DNA of 64,000 nucleotides from Dudresnaya verticillata (Eukaryota). Both the position numbers and the translations under genes were made by a program. The stretch lies in assembly GCA_977862235.1 (NCBI GenBank), contig OZ374557.1, positions 2,046,001 to 2,110,000 of the forward strand. Reading direction: 5' to 3'. Each line of letters begins with the position of its first letter. Position 1 is the stretch's first letter. The notes beneath the pieces were generated by a model. That model was not told the origin of the DNA. It saw nothing but the letters and a program-made list of their open reading frames with translations, and did no database searches. Below are positions 36,658 to 50,002 of this stretch, piece by piece.

Positions 36658-37879
36658 AAATGAAATACCATACTATTTCATCGGGCACTGTGAACTATGT
36701 TGCAATGCAACTCTATTAATTGTTTGACATACAGGATATATGTTACAATTGCATACACTTGCTTCCCTGCTGAAGCATCCAAGTGGAAATTGATAGAAGC
36801 AGTTATTGTATCCTTGTCCTCCAAGAGATCATCTGAGTATCGTGTATGCGCAGCTGTTAAGGAAATGGTAAGTGTAATAGAGTATCCATAGTATTAGCTA
36901 GCTGGGTATAAATAGAAGCAGAGAGTAGTGCCTCTGATAAACTAGGTATCTGATCACGGACATAGTGAAAAGATCTACCATTTATCCCTAACCTACGAGA
37001 GAGTGTCCTATAACTTCTCTAAAAACTACAGTACCTTAAACAGCTGTTGTACAGCTGCAGTATATGTCGCAGCTTGGCGCGTGCTTTCGAGAAGGCATAC
37101 GTCAGGGGATAGAGGACAGGTTTTCATAGCGCCATCGGCTTCTAAGCATGCGTCAGCGGCTTCTAAGCATTTGTCAGTGCTTTTTCAGTAGTCTACAATG
37201 GTGACCTTAGTATCAACGCGCATTGTAGCTGCTTATTCGCATTGTAATGCCTCTCCTATACCCCTCACGGTACTTTCAAGCATGAGAGCTCCAAGTGAGG
37301 TGGGTACCACGGAAAATGTCCTACAAAAGAAATAAAATTGTACACAAATGTACAGCACAGTACTGCATGTCGAATTCCCATCAGACCCAGACCTGCAGTT
37401 GGCGGCATATGTACTTATATGTAGCTTTTTCTGCACCCTAAAGAGATATACTCAGGAGAGTTGCTAGGATACGAAAAACGAAAGAAATATGTAATCGCCA
37501 TCTTCAGCTCGTCCAGATATTGATGTGGTACATATACGCAGGGTTTTGCAGTGCAAGTAATTTCGTATATCTAATCACAAACAGTGCAATTTCCACGCGG
37601 TGGTGTGTTTTCGTGGCTTCACTGCGTTCTACTTCTGTACCATTCTCCATTTAGATGGGAGAGAAGCAGAAAAAGAAAGGAATTTGCAACCACCATCATG
37701 GGTAGGTCTGGATGTCAATGTTTCGGATGTGTGCAGGATGTAACAACGCGCGACATACTGTAGAGCTACACTCCAACAGCGATATGTCTGTATCCAAGCG
37801 CCACAGCTCTACTTCGTAGCTACAGAATGTATAGTACATGTAAATCGTATTTGCATGCATTTGTAGATGTGGTGCAACG

Positions 37880-38722
37880 ACAAACGGCCTCCAAAAAAGT
37901 GCTCCTTGACCGGGCTACGCAATCCAAATTGGCCAACCCGCAGAAGATACTTGGCCAGAGCGCTACTGTACGGCCACGCGGACGGCGGTGGGCGACGACA
38001 AGGAACCACACGCATAACACGCGGATCACACATGTATGCGTGTCAGCCACGTGGAAACCGCAAGAAAAATTGTCTTACTTTGACAATCTGGATACGCGAA
38101 TCCGGATCAATGTGAGATTAGATCACGGAAAAGGATTTGGCCGCCATGCTCAATCACGGGGCCAAACATGGAAAAATCAAGAACAAATCTAGCTATTATG
38201 ACCACTGATCAACAGACAAGAACTCGATTTAATTCGGCAGGGTTCTAACAATGGCCCGAAGTCAGGATTCGAGGAAGGCATTTTGGCCCATGGTGAGTAA
38301 CCTTGGCCACTAACTGTAGAATAGCTCTAGATTCGCCCAGATGGCCCATTTTGGGTCTACTTAGTCGGTCACATACTACGGCTGGGCCAAAATAGGTACG
38401 AAACCGCCCCGCTAGAGGTTGGGAATAACGTTTTGAAAACTTTCCCAACTTGGCCGTTCTATTGCGCTCATCCAGTGTTTTGGCCACGCTTCGTCTGCGC
38501 GCTCCAGCTCTACCACGCTTGCTACCGGTGTGCAGGTCCGTTCTACGTTTGAACAATTTTCTACGAAATCTACTCGGTCTTTCTTGGTCCTTTGGGGTCT
38601 CAATTGGGCGCGGCACTCGGTGGTGCTTTTCGAGATACTACAGTAGCAATGCCTCAAATATGTAAATATAGATATTTCAATATGTAAATAAAATAGGTAT
38701 GGCCAAACGTTACCCCATGGTG
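37880..38722. repeat. TTGGCC/GGCCAA motif-rich tract, probable subterminal region of a non-autonomous DNA transposon
   Basis: More than a dozen GGCC-core motifs, often ~19-24 bp apart. Ends CCCCATGGTG|TA directly against a chromodomain remnant. Confidence 0.45.
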
Positions 38723-38724
38723 TA

Positions 38725-38860
38725 GATAAAGCTCTGCCGTAGTTCCTCAGCTGGTTCGTTGGTATCCTGACACGGATGGTAGCCGTACCAGCTGGCTTTG
38801 TACGTCATCACAGTAGGTTCGGCGCGGTGATCGAGAACCTTGGAGACCACATATTCCGTA
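38725..38860 (-). pseudogene. Chromodomain remnant of another chromovirus (G)
   Basis: Manual translation: TEYVVSKVLDHRAEPTVMTYKASWYGYHPCQDTNEPAEELRQSFI. Confidence 0.85.
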
Positions 38861-38913
38861 TCGGCTTGCCGTGGTTCCAACAAGGATGGCGTAGTACCTG
38901 CTGATGGATGAGG

Positions 38914-39861
38914 TGTAGTGCAAAACGTCGTTGACGGAAAACACTGTCCGGGCCGTTCCCGTCCGATAACTCGCCTATGGTGATGAGTGCCGAGGGCTGT
39001 AGACGGGGGTCAAGTCTGGTAACACGCCAAGGGCGGACTGTAAACGCCCGAGACGGTAGAAATGGAAAAGGGAAGCGTCGTACTGACGGAGAAAAGGGGT
39101 AAAGGGGAAAGCACACGTCCACGACGGAGTGAATGAGTGCGTGGTAGTTCCGCACGTAGACCACGCTAATAGCGGCGATGTCCGCTCTTGAGCGCTGGGG
39201 TGAAGAACCACCGAGCTTCTAGCAGGAGAAAAAGAGGATCACGTCAAAGACGGAAATTGACGCGGAAGCGCGATCGTCACAACGCGTAGCCAACGTGGTT
39301 AGCAGCCATGACGCTAAAGAGAGAAGGGGCGATGTGTAAAGGCAGACCGGCTTGGCAGGGTTTACTGAGTCGTCTCCCGACGGGTTTCCTATGTAGTGCT
39401 GCTACTGCTAGAGCGATGGCGGTGGTGTCGCGGTGCGCGGGAACTCAGGACACTTGTCGTCCCAGCGTGGGTCTGACGAGTGCCCTGGAATACAGCCACG
39501 CGCCGGAAAGACTTGTCTATACCGCGCTGCACGTAAAGCGGATGCTTACATTCACACGTGGGTACGTGTTGCGCTTACCGAAGCATGCTACGTGATTTCG
39601 CCAGCCGCATCTTGGCCCGGTTGCGGTTCGGCTGGTGCCGAGTGTGCAACGTGTCCTCGTATACCGCGCGTGCCACGTCCCACTCATAGGAAACCGGCTT
39701 TGCCGTAACCCACGCCTAGGGCGACATTTCCTGGGAAGTGCGAGCGGGCTCGCGCCCGGATCAAGATCTTGAAAGCCGTGGGAGGCGAAACGCCGAGGGC
39801 GGTAGCGGTCCGTCCGAGACGGTACAACTGCTCCTAGGGCGGTACTGAAGTTTAGACTATA
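38914..39861 (-). mobile_element. Orphan 3' LTR (F), related to the LTR of element C, with PPT
   Basis: TGTAGTGCAAAACGTC resembles the C LTR end TGTGGTGCAAAGCGTC, and AGGG.GGACTGTAAAC is shared. The other end GAAGTTTAGACTATA|GCTCCCTTCC parallels GAAGTACATTACA|GCACCCTTC at 21156-21177. Confidence 0.78.
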
Positions 39862-39949
39862 GCTCCCTTCCAAAACGCGAACACGCGGGGCAAATTCGTT
39901 TGCAAGGCATCATGACCGGCCATTCCGTGAGTATTGATCCAGTTTTAGT

Positions 39950-42900
39950 AACGTGTGAGTCCTGTCCTCGGAGATTTACTGAGTGTCCGGGTCCCTCGGC
40001 GCGGACCCGCGGGTTATGATACCCCACACCATCGCGGTGGACACCGGCTCCGGGTACAACCTCATCGCTCGAGGTGCCCTGCCCGCAGGGTAGGAAGAAA
40101 ACACATTAGAGATCGACTCCGCGCCACCTAGCGGGCGCCGACAAGACTCCACAGAGCCTGTCCAGCGGCGTCCACCTCTCGATGAGCTTGGGAAACACGA
40201 CGTTCCGCGTGCCTTTCATCGTCGCCGACACACTTTCGGTCGACGTACGCATCGGCACGGAGTTTATCAACACGCACGTGCGCAGAATCGACGTTGAGTC
40301 GAGAAGGTTAACCCTGAGGAGACGGGGCTCGGTGCCCATCCTCAGCCGCCGAAACCATGGGGAGGGGAGCGACACTGCCGCGCAGGCAAGGACCCCGTCG
40401 AAGGGTTTGTCTAAGAAGCACCAGCGGGAACTTCTGGACTGGGACCACGATACCCACTCCAGATGCCTTGCCAGGCAAGTGGTTCTCCCAGCCTACTCAA
40501 CAAGGCTCGTCTCGGTGCCGTCAGGGGCAAGTGCGTTGGTACATACGGAGCCAAAACCCGCGCTGTAGTTCTGCCACGGCGTGAGACGTACCAACGGGGT
40601 GCAGGATATTGAGCCGGGACGCCCCTTCGGGGTCATCACGGTCAACTTAACCGACGGACCTGGACCCTACTGAAGGGTACCGTAGTCGGTTACGCGGTTC
40701 AAAACCCGGTCTCCCTAATAAACCCGGACCGCGATTTGGCGGAAGAGTTCGGAACGGTGATGAACATCACCACCCTTCTGCCCAAAGGGCGGCGACCCAG
40801 GGGCAAGGGCAGCAACGACCCTCCAGTAATACCGTAAACAGCAAGGAGCTTCGAGTGCGAGAAACTACAGGGTGAAGCTACCACAGTGGCGGAAAGCAGG
40901 GCGTCTGCGGAGGACTGTGAGTCAGAGGTGGACCTTTCGTCTATCGAACACAAAACCCCCCGCGAAGAGGTCCTTGCCATGCTTCGGAAGCATCAGTCCA
41001 TGTTGGACAGCAGGCTAGGCACGATTGCTACCACACAATACCACATTGACTTGGAGCCCGGCACGCAGTCGAATCGCTCAATGCCCTATCGACAGGGTCC
41101 CGCTATGCGGAAGTTCGTTCAGAACGAGGCGGAGAACATGCTACGCGCAGGAGTAATCCAACCCGCCACACCGGAGTGGGCATATGAAGTTGTAGTGGAG
41201 CCCAAGAAGGACGGCACGCTCAGGTTTTGCGTGGAAGCCCAACCTCTCAACACCCAACCTCTGAGCGATGCGTACCCACTCCTGCGCATGGATGAATGAA
41301 TCGGCAGTCTTGGCGACGCTGCCATAATCTCCGCACTGGATTGTAACGCCGGGTACTGGAAAATCCCTGTCGCAGCGGCGGGCAGGAATACGACCAAGTT
41401 CACGACGTTCTTAGCGACATTACACTACCTGCGGATACCTTTCGGACTGAAGAACGCCCCGGAGACTTTCCAGTGTACACTCGACACCATACTCTGAGGG
41501 GTTACGCAGTTTTGTCTGATCCATCTAGATGATTTGATCATATTCTCGTGGTCGATCGCGGCGTACGTCGGTCACCTAGACCGCGTCCTGACTTTGCTTC
41601 GAAAGGGCGGCGTGTCCCTGAAGCTGAAGAAGTGTCACTTCTTCCAGTCCCGCGTGGACTACCTTGGCCCCGTGATCGAGCCAGGAAAACTACGCATGGC
41701 GAAGACAAGAATCGACACGTTCCGTCATACGCAGTTCAAGACGTCCCTAACGAAGGTGAGGTCGTTTCTAGGGGCGTGTAACGTTTACCGCCGCTTCATG
41801 AGGAGCTTCGCGAAGATCGCTCGTCCGCTGACGGATATGACCCGCAAGAATGCAGATGTGGATTTCGATAATCCAAGCGCAGCGGCCCTAGAGGCATTCC
41901 AGACGCTGCGTGCGACACTCCTATAGCCTCCTATCCTACGGCTCCCTCGCGAGAGCAAGCCGTACGTCCTCTACACGGATGCATCATCGTACCAACTCGA
42001 ATGCCCCCTGCTTCAGGAGCAAGAGGACGGCCAGTTCCACCCTGTTGGGTACTGGTCCTATTCACTAAGCTCAGCGGAGCGAAATTACTAGACCAAGGAG
42101 AGCGAGGTCTTTGCAGTGGTGTGATCGCTCAAAAAACTGCGGCCCTGCATCGAAGAGACTCCTGTTTACGGCTCGAACCGACCATGCCGCCTTGCGCTGG
42201 TTCATGTCTCTGACCGATTCGTCCGATCTCCTCACCCGCTGGCGGCTTCGACTCGCGGAATTCGACTCCCAGATCGAATATCGCCCGGATAGGGTGAACC
42301 AGGTGCCGGACGCGTTGTCCCGCTTTGTCAGGCCTCGACGGCAACAAGAGGGGGCTGACGACGATTTCCCTACCTATGCCCCTCCGGCGATCGACCGCCG
42401 GAAGGAGGGTGCCTCGAGTACCGAACCCCAGACACCCCAGGTCCTACTAACTACGCGGTGCCAAGCCAACGCGTCGACGCGGAAGGAACCGTATCGACCG
42501 GTGGAAGAGGGAGGCAATTCCAGCGACGCCAAGGACCCCTCGGAAGTCGACGAGCCACCGGGGCTTGCCGACGACGAAGCCTGGGATAATTGCGACGACG
42601 TCGACCTCTTCGATCTTGGCCGCATCGACGCGGGCCAAGAACCGACGGACCTCACCCGGGTCGAACCGGTGAAGGTCCCCTCACCAATAGCCGTCGAGGA
42701 ATTGGTGTACGCGCAGCGGCGCGATTCCTTTTTCCAAACCATGTTGGCACGGCAGTCCAATCGCCGGGATAGTCACTTCTTCGAGACCGAGGACGGGCTC
42801 TTGTGCCGGCGGCACCCCATCATCCCCTCTTTGGAGCAAATAATGGTGCCCGAAGCGCTACAGCCGCGGCTTCTCCAGCTCGCAGACTACTCCTTCCTGG

Positions 42901-44296
42901 CTGGCCACCCCAAGATCTTCTACACGCTCCTCGAGAGCTACTACTGGCCACACATGTCAGCGGACATAGCCATGACAGTTCGGAACTGTCGGCACTGTGC
43001 CAGAAATCGCATACGCTTGGGAGGATACCTTCCTCGACTGAAGCTATTCCCAGCCATGATACTGCTCCGGTCACTCTTGATCGATATCCTAGGGCCGCTG
43101 CCCACGACGAAGTCATTAAAGCGATGCCTAAAAATCATCACAGATCGATTCTCGAAGCTGACTCAGCTAGCGCCGCTGCGCACCCTCAGGGCTTACCACA
43201 CCGCGGTGGCATTCTGTGAGAGGTGGATCTTAAACTACGGACCACCCCACACACCGGGTGTTTGCCAATAGGCCGTTGACGCCGAGGCAAGTACACTCTA
43301 AACTTTGTTGAATAAACTTTATCATCACTACGGACCACCGAGGTCTCTTTTATCGGACAACGGGAAGCAATTCACCTCCAAGTTCTTTCAGGCAGTGTGC
43401 CGCTACCTCGGACTGAACAACATGTTCACATCCGCCTACCACCCGCAGGCGAACGGTCAGATTCAGCGCTACAACCGGAATGTCATGGCCATGTTGAGGA
43501 ATTACATCAACGATCACCAGGACGACTGGGATCGATACGCAGCGGCGTTGATATATTCCTACAACTGCCATGTCCATCGCTAGACGCGGACAAAGCCCTT
43601 CAGACTCGTGCTATCCGGGCCGCCGCCGGCATTCACTAAGTTTGATAAGGAAGCGGGCAGACCGAAACCTACTGAGGACGTACGTGCGGACTTCCTCAAG
43701 CGGCTCGACGCCGCCTTCGCAAGCGCATCGAGCGCCCTTGATAAAACGCAATGGTGTTACAAGAAAGAATTTGACAAACGTGTTAGGAAAGTCAATGCCC
43801 GCATTCGAGCGGGATATTACGTCTTCATCAACTCGAGAGACGGGGTTAAGAACCCAAGAAGCTCCAGAGCCCATCGATCGGACCCTACCGCATGCTGCTT
43901 AATGATACGTGCACGCTGTTCATCGACAGCGACGGCTTGGTCGAACGCATCGCAGCGTATCGCGCGGTCTATTGTCTCCGCCGCTTCGGGAAGACACTGT
44001 GCAGCGCAGCGCTTACCTACTCATCGCTGAAGAACTCTCATCGAAGGCCATCGATGGTCCTCGGTTCGTGGTGGATAACGTCCTTGATCGCGGCACGGCC
44101 AATTAAGTTTCGCTTCTGTTCAACGTGAAGTGGACCGGTACCACAAGCCAACTTGGGAGCCACGTGTTCATTCCCCCGAGGAGATGGTGAGTCCATACTT
44201 CCCATCGCAGCGGCAACGGAACACTACAAGGCCCTAAGACGGTCCCACCTCCTCATGACCCCTCAGCGGGGGCGCCTCACGCTTGAGCAGGGGATC
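39950..44296 (+). pseudogene. pol: Gypsy element D: 5'-truncated pol (PR, RT, RNase H, integrase, chromodomain)
   Basis: TIAVDTGSGYNL (~40028-40063), PKKDGTLRFCV, IHLDD (~41519-41533), LYTDAS, TDHAALRW, integrase and chromodomain as in 1-1497. No gag or LTRs. Confidence 0.94.
43234..43339 (+). mobile_element. Duplicate of the 80-bp non-LTR insertion with 13-bp TSD
   Basis: Matches 435-540. Confidence 0.8.
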
Positions 44297-46730
44297 ACAG
44301 GCATTCGATACCCTATTGCGGAGGCATCCGATGCCTCAACCTGTCCTGCAACGAGCACCGAGCCCGTTGGTCACTTTTGCGCCAGCAGCAGTGGCAGTAG
44401 CACAAAGGGAGGTAGCAAGATGTTAACCTTCGCGCATCGACGCGCAATCGGCAACGATCATCAGCTAATCACGCAAGGGGAAGCGGCCCCGGGCTGGTCA
44501 CACGCCCCTGCAAGCGGCGCCGACACCATTGCCCTCTGGTTTGTGCACGTATCAGGCTTCGACGTCCCGCGGGCGCAAAGCGAAATATGGTGGACAGCGG
44601 CTGCCGAAGCCGCTGACCAGCGACACGCACGAGGGCGAGCGCGCACTCACGCTAGCGCGACCCTTAACGCCAGCAACATTGGCCGCTGTGAGATAAGGGC
44701 CGACGCGAGCGTGGGTGCGGGAATGAGCGCGTTGACACGCTTAGCACCGTTTTGCCTCGACAGCGATGGGGGACCAAGGGAAGCCGCCCGATCTCCATCG
44801 CACTCGAGTGCACTGAAGTGCCGTTGCAATTGACGCGAAACGGCACCACAAACATATTTGCTACTTAAGCCAGCGGCCCCGGCGCAGGGCGCACGAAACG
44901 CATCGAGCACGAAAACTGTTCCGGATACAGTGCGTACTGTAGCCGGAGGTTGGGAAACACATAACTAGGCCAGCGGGTCGAAAGGCAACGATCAATTAAT
45001 GGGGGTCGCGAAAAATCCCCAGCCAACGATTGCCTACAATTTGGGCGCGAACCCCCACCAGGCTGGGAGCAGTAGCCGCGGATGACCGAGCTAGCTAGGG
45101 GCGGTATGCCACCGGCGCAAACAGTGGACGCGTGGCAGCGCCCTAACCGAAGAAGACTGCAGCGGTGCCAGCCGCCTAGGATCGGGGCCCAGGGGCGACA
45201 TTTGTCCCCCAAGCCAACGCGCCACGACGCGCTGCGGCACTGGGATGCCATCTTGAGAATGCACGCGCGCACGAGTGCCTGTTGCAACTGAGCAGCAGCT
45301 CACGCAGCTCTCCGCCTTAAGTTGACGGCTGTCGTAGCGCGGTGGTAGCATGCGCGGGCTCGACGCTCTCGCGCATGCAGCAGTCCACTTGCGGCAGCAG
45401 CCCGAAATGGTGAGCTACTACGCTGGCGACCGATGTAGCCAAAAGGGGTTTGCATCGCCGAGGGCCGCAGCCATATCCCACTCCTGTCCCTTTAAAAATA
45501 TCTATATACGCGGCGATGGGGTGTATCTAGTGGGCCCCACGATAGCACTTGACAAGCGGGCCCGGCGACATGCGGCAACATTGGTTGCTGCGTGGCCTGC
45601 CCCGGCGCATATGATTGCATCTGTTCCTGTGTCCGCGCCAGGGCTGGGGCCGACTAATACTTCTCTCCAGGCGCTTAGCGAGGGAGCTAACGACTCGGTT
45701 TGAGCGGGCAGCACGCCTAAGCTCCCCCTGTAGTCGCTGCACATCGTGTGCAAACCTATTCCGCTCGGCGTGGTAGCGGAGCACTATGGCGTTCGCAGCA
45801 CCAAGGTCGTCGTTTTCCCACCAGATTGGCCGCGAAGGCGATAAGTGGAGAGCGCAGCGGCGCATCTTTACCCAACAGCACCAGAGCAGAGGCCCGGCGC
45901 ACGTTCTGGGCGACCCAGAGGCTCGCCCCTGCAGGTGCATTGAGCGCATCTGTCGATGGCGGCGGCATATTAGGGGCCACCTCACTCGATGGCGGTGGCC
46001 CATATCTCACTATCGGCCTCGATGGTGTGTAAGAAAGAAGCGGCGGATCGACCGCTGCCTGACGCTCCTGCCTTTCACTCATTGCAGCGGCCGGGTGAGG
46101 TGGTCCCACCGTTCGGGGCGCTGGCGCCGCAACGCGCGGCACCGGCGGCAGATAGGGCTCGACCTCCGAGGCCATAACGGCAGCGGCCGACTTGGACGCT
46201 GCTCCCAGGCCCCGATGGGTGCCTGGTTCGCGGCCCTCGACGCGGGTCATTTCCACCATCGAGGTGTACGCACGATCCCTCTGCGGCACGCGCGCTGGTT
46301 GGAGCTTGTGCAAGGTCCCCGCCACGGGGTTGACCCCGCAAGTATACATATAGACGCGTGTTGCGACGTGGCGGCGACGGGTGTGCTTCTCTCGGGCAGC
46401 GGCCACGAGGCGCGCCGTTTTCAGCAGCTGCTTGAAATCAAACGTCACGGAAGTGTTAGCCTGGCCTACTGCGCCTCGAAGGCGCGGAAAGCCCGGGCGC
46501 CTGCTGCGACAGAAGCCATCTCTGTAAACCAAGAGGCGGTCGTCGAGGACCCAACATATATCCTTCGATATGATATCAGAGGCGTAGCGACGCCCAAACG
46601 CGAACGCATAATCTTCGGAGCGCCTGGCGAGGAGCACTAGACGAACCTCCTCACCCCCGCCGTGGCGTAGTAGAAGTACCGCTGGACGCTGGGCCACGGG
46701 ACAACCATGCCAGCGGTCACGTATGTTGTG

Positions 46731-47535
46731 TGTGGCATAGACGTCAGGTCGAACTGGTCTCGTATTCGCACCCAGACCCGTCGAACGGTGGTAGCGGTGG
46801 TGGTAGAGCGGTGGTGTCGGCCGTGCGCGCCGTCGACGGTCGCATAGCGCGCCGAGCGCGCACGGGGCGGACCGTACGCAGGTGGCAGCGGCTGGATCCC
46901 TGCGTCCCCGTCGTGGGGCGGCGCAAAACCGACGGTAGGGAAAGGAAAATAGAAGCCTAGGCGGCTAGGGAAAGAGGGATGCCGTAGGGCAAAGGACTGG
47001 GAAAGAAACCCAAAGCAGAAAGGGGCAAGCCTGGCGTAGGCTGGCTTGACTTTTACTCAAGCCCAGAGGGGCGACTACTAAATAGACTAAGGGTCTGCGG
47101 CGGCACCAACCCGGGAGGTGCGCCGGCGCGCCCCGACAAGCGTCGACGCGTACGGGTACCGGTAACCCGGGGGCGCGCGTGGGCGAAACGGTCCACACGT
47201 ACTCAACGGCTCGACGCCGGAATATTCGCGTGCGTGTCACGCACTCAACGGCTCTACGCCGGAGTGCGTGCGCACGGTGCGCGGGACAACAGGGCGTTTG
47301 ACCGCCGCTTACAATAGACCGTGCTGTACACTACAAAAAAACGTAGAAATTACATGGGAGTTTCAGTGTCACACGCGTACACGTGCACGCGCGGGCGCCA
47401 CAGCACACTTCCTTACAGTTCAGCGGGGTTCGGCGCCACCGGCTGACAGCGTGCGCACAGCGGTGCACACGTGGTGGCGCAGCTGGTCTTACATCTGCGC
47501 GTGCGTGGCACAGCTGGTCTTACAGCTATGCCACA
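46731..47535 (-). mobile_element. Duplicate of LTR B'
   Basis: Matches 3932-4736. Confidence 0.85.
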
Positions 47536-49237
47536 TATAGATTGGAATACCACTCTGCTGATGGAAACTACGACGCATCGAGCGCCGGGTGCAAGCGTGC
47601 ACCTGTGGTAATGAGACCGTCACCGGGGGCGCGGCAGGTCACCCAGTCCCGCTTCCCCATACAAACCCCAAAGAGGCGACGCACGCAGTCGGCATCGGCC
47701 AGACCTTGCGCTTCCTCCGGTGTCTCCGAGATGGGGTTGTCCCCCAGCCAAGCCAACGAGGCCGCGAGTGGCTTGTGAAACCCTTCGGCGGGTTTCAAGA
47801 AGGAGCTTCGCCGCTCTTCTCCATAATCAGCAGCTGCTGGATAGTGGTGACGAACGAGACGTCACACGGTAGGCCGTTAGGTACGAGCCATACTGCAGTT
47901 ACGGGCATGAAGGCGGTGTAGACAGCGGCCCCGCCATCATTGCTTGCATCTGCCACGCGCAGGAGACGTTGGACGTCGATTCTGGGCACGGGCAGCCGAC
48001 GCCACCGATTCAGCGGGATCTGGTGGCGTGACCCCTCCCACGCGAAGACAGTGGGAGGCAATGTATCTGCATTTGACACCCTGACACCGAGTCGCTGGGA
48101 CCCAATGATCAGAGACACCCCTCGCATGGCCATGACCAGCAGGAGTGGATCAGCGGCAGCAGCCACAGGAGCAGAATTGACGGCAGCGGCCGATAGGGTC
48201 CCTGGCGTGGTCGAAGCCCCAGCACCAGGGCCCCCGCTCCTGAGCTTCTCGGCGCGGCACGAAGGGGGCCCTAGCAGGCGGCAGCTTAACAACAACTCGC
48301 GGAGGTCGTCGATGACTTGGTCAGGTGCAGATTGCGTGCCACCGGAGGCATGCTGACGCTCCGCGCTGGAGCGGGCGCTGGAACCGGAGCCGCCTTCTCT
48401 GAGCAAGGAGCGGCAGCGGGCGCTCCACTCGATCCTCAACCACGACCTCCCGCAGCGGCGGTTTTTGAGGTGAGGCCGCGGCTTCGCGCCGGCTGCTCGC
48501 GCCGTCCGCTCGACAGAGGCTGGGTTGCATTCTTCTGAGCCACCGCCGCGGCGGCTGGATCAGCGGTTCTTGAGCTGGGAGGCACGCTAGCAGCAGCGGC
48601 GAGGCTTGTCCCCACCAGAGTTGGGGGCGCAGCGGCGCCGAAGGCAGCCGTCGCGGCGGGGAGAGACGGTACACCGGCGCCGACCCCATAGTGGAGACAA
48701 CAGGGCCAGCGGGCACCACATCTTCCACGGCGACAGGTGGCGCGATTACGGGCGTCGTAGGACCTCCTCCAGGGGCCATTTGCTCCTCGGGTGGTGGGGG
48801 TATCACAACCAGCACAGCGGGTGTGGCCGTTGATGGCGCGCCGGCTGCCGGCGGCGGGCCCGGAGAAGGTGCCCCTTTGGTAGGGGTGCCATAAATCGCA
48901 GACGAGCGCGTCTTAGTAATCGTTGTTTACCACGCCTCGAAGCGGATGTACGCGTCGACTAGGAGTTGGGGTGAAAAAAGAGCACAGAAACACGACAGCG
49001 GTCAGTGGTGTGCAGAGCGTGGGGGCGAAGGGAAGTTTGCTGAGAGCGATACCAGCAACCTCCCCACGGCTCTACACGCAGTGATCCTTATATGCGTAGC
49101 GGCGCACCGCTCACACTCGCACACCTTTGACGGGCGCGCGCGTGCGCCCCGTCGGTAACGGCCACTCAGGCGCGCCATCATGGGCCCGGGGAACCTCAAC
49201 GGACGTGAGCGGGACGCTCACGCTTGAGGGGGGATCG

Positions 49238-50002
49238 TGTAGTATAGCTGTCATAACCCTGTCTACAACGGCTGTAAGGGGGTGCACAGATGCGCACTGT
49301 AATAGTGTAGAAGGGCGACGCCAGCTGACGAGTCGTATTTGGGCAGCGAGCCCGTAGATTGTCGTTGATCTTAGCGGCGGTCGATCGCCTTGCTGTTCGC
49401 AGCGACCGCGCGCCGTGCCGCAACGGCGTGCTACCGTAGCGCTCTCCGCCATCGAGCTGTTGAAAGGGCCGCTGCCCGTTACGCCCTGCGCGGGCCCACG
49501 GGTAGCCGTTACCCATTCGTTTCGACATTTCTATGGACGCACGCACGAGCCCCTCCCGTGTTGGTGCCGCAGGGGTGCATTAGGCGTAGGAGTAGCCGTA
49601 TCTGTACATAGTGTAGCGTATTTATGGCCGTCTGTCATCGACGGCTCAGTAACCGGGCAAGCAAAAGCTCATGCTGAAGCTTACCCCAAGCCTTTCGAGT
49701 TTGGTCGCTTTCCTCTACGCAAGCGGGGGTTCTCTTTTTCCCTTGCCTCGTTGGGCTTCCCCCTTCCTTTCCTTTCCGTCGGCTTCATTGCGCCCTTCGA
49801 CAGGGACGTTGGGATCCGTCCACTGCCTACCCGCGTGCGGTACGTCCCGTGCGCGCTCCGGCATCAACGGCGTTGATCCGCACCTGCGGGGCACACGCGG
49901 ACAACACCGCTCTACCACAATCAGCTACCCATCAACGGGTCTGTGTGGCGGCTTCGGACCAGAAAGTATCAGACGTCGGATCGACCCGACGTCTATACTA
50001 CA
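49238..50002 (+). mobile_element. Duplicate of the family B 3' LTR
   Basis: Matches 6439-7203. Confidence 0.93.

Larger units (their letters stand above)
31539..37029 (+). mobile_element. Full-length, AT-rich Gypsy chromovirus, element E, with two LTRs
   Basis: LTRs 31539-~31914 and 36689-37029 (3' LTR truncated), about 95% identical by eye. gag-PR-RT-RNase H-INT-chromodomain order with several stops and frameshifts. Confidence 0.96.

Noticed and set aside
37029..37762. Tc1/mariner MITE bounded by TA|CAGTA..TACTG|TA
   Set aside because: The inverted match is only ~5 bp and does not extend convincingly.
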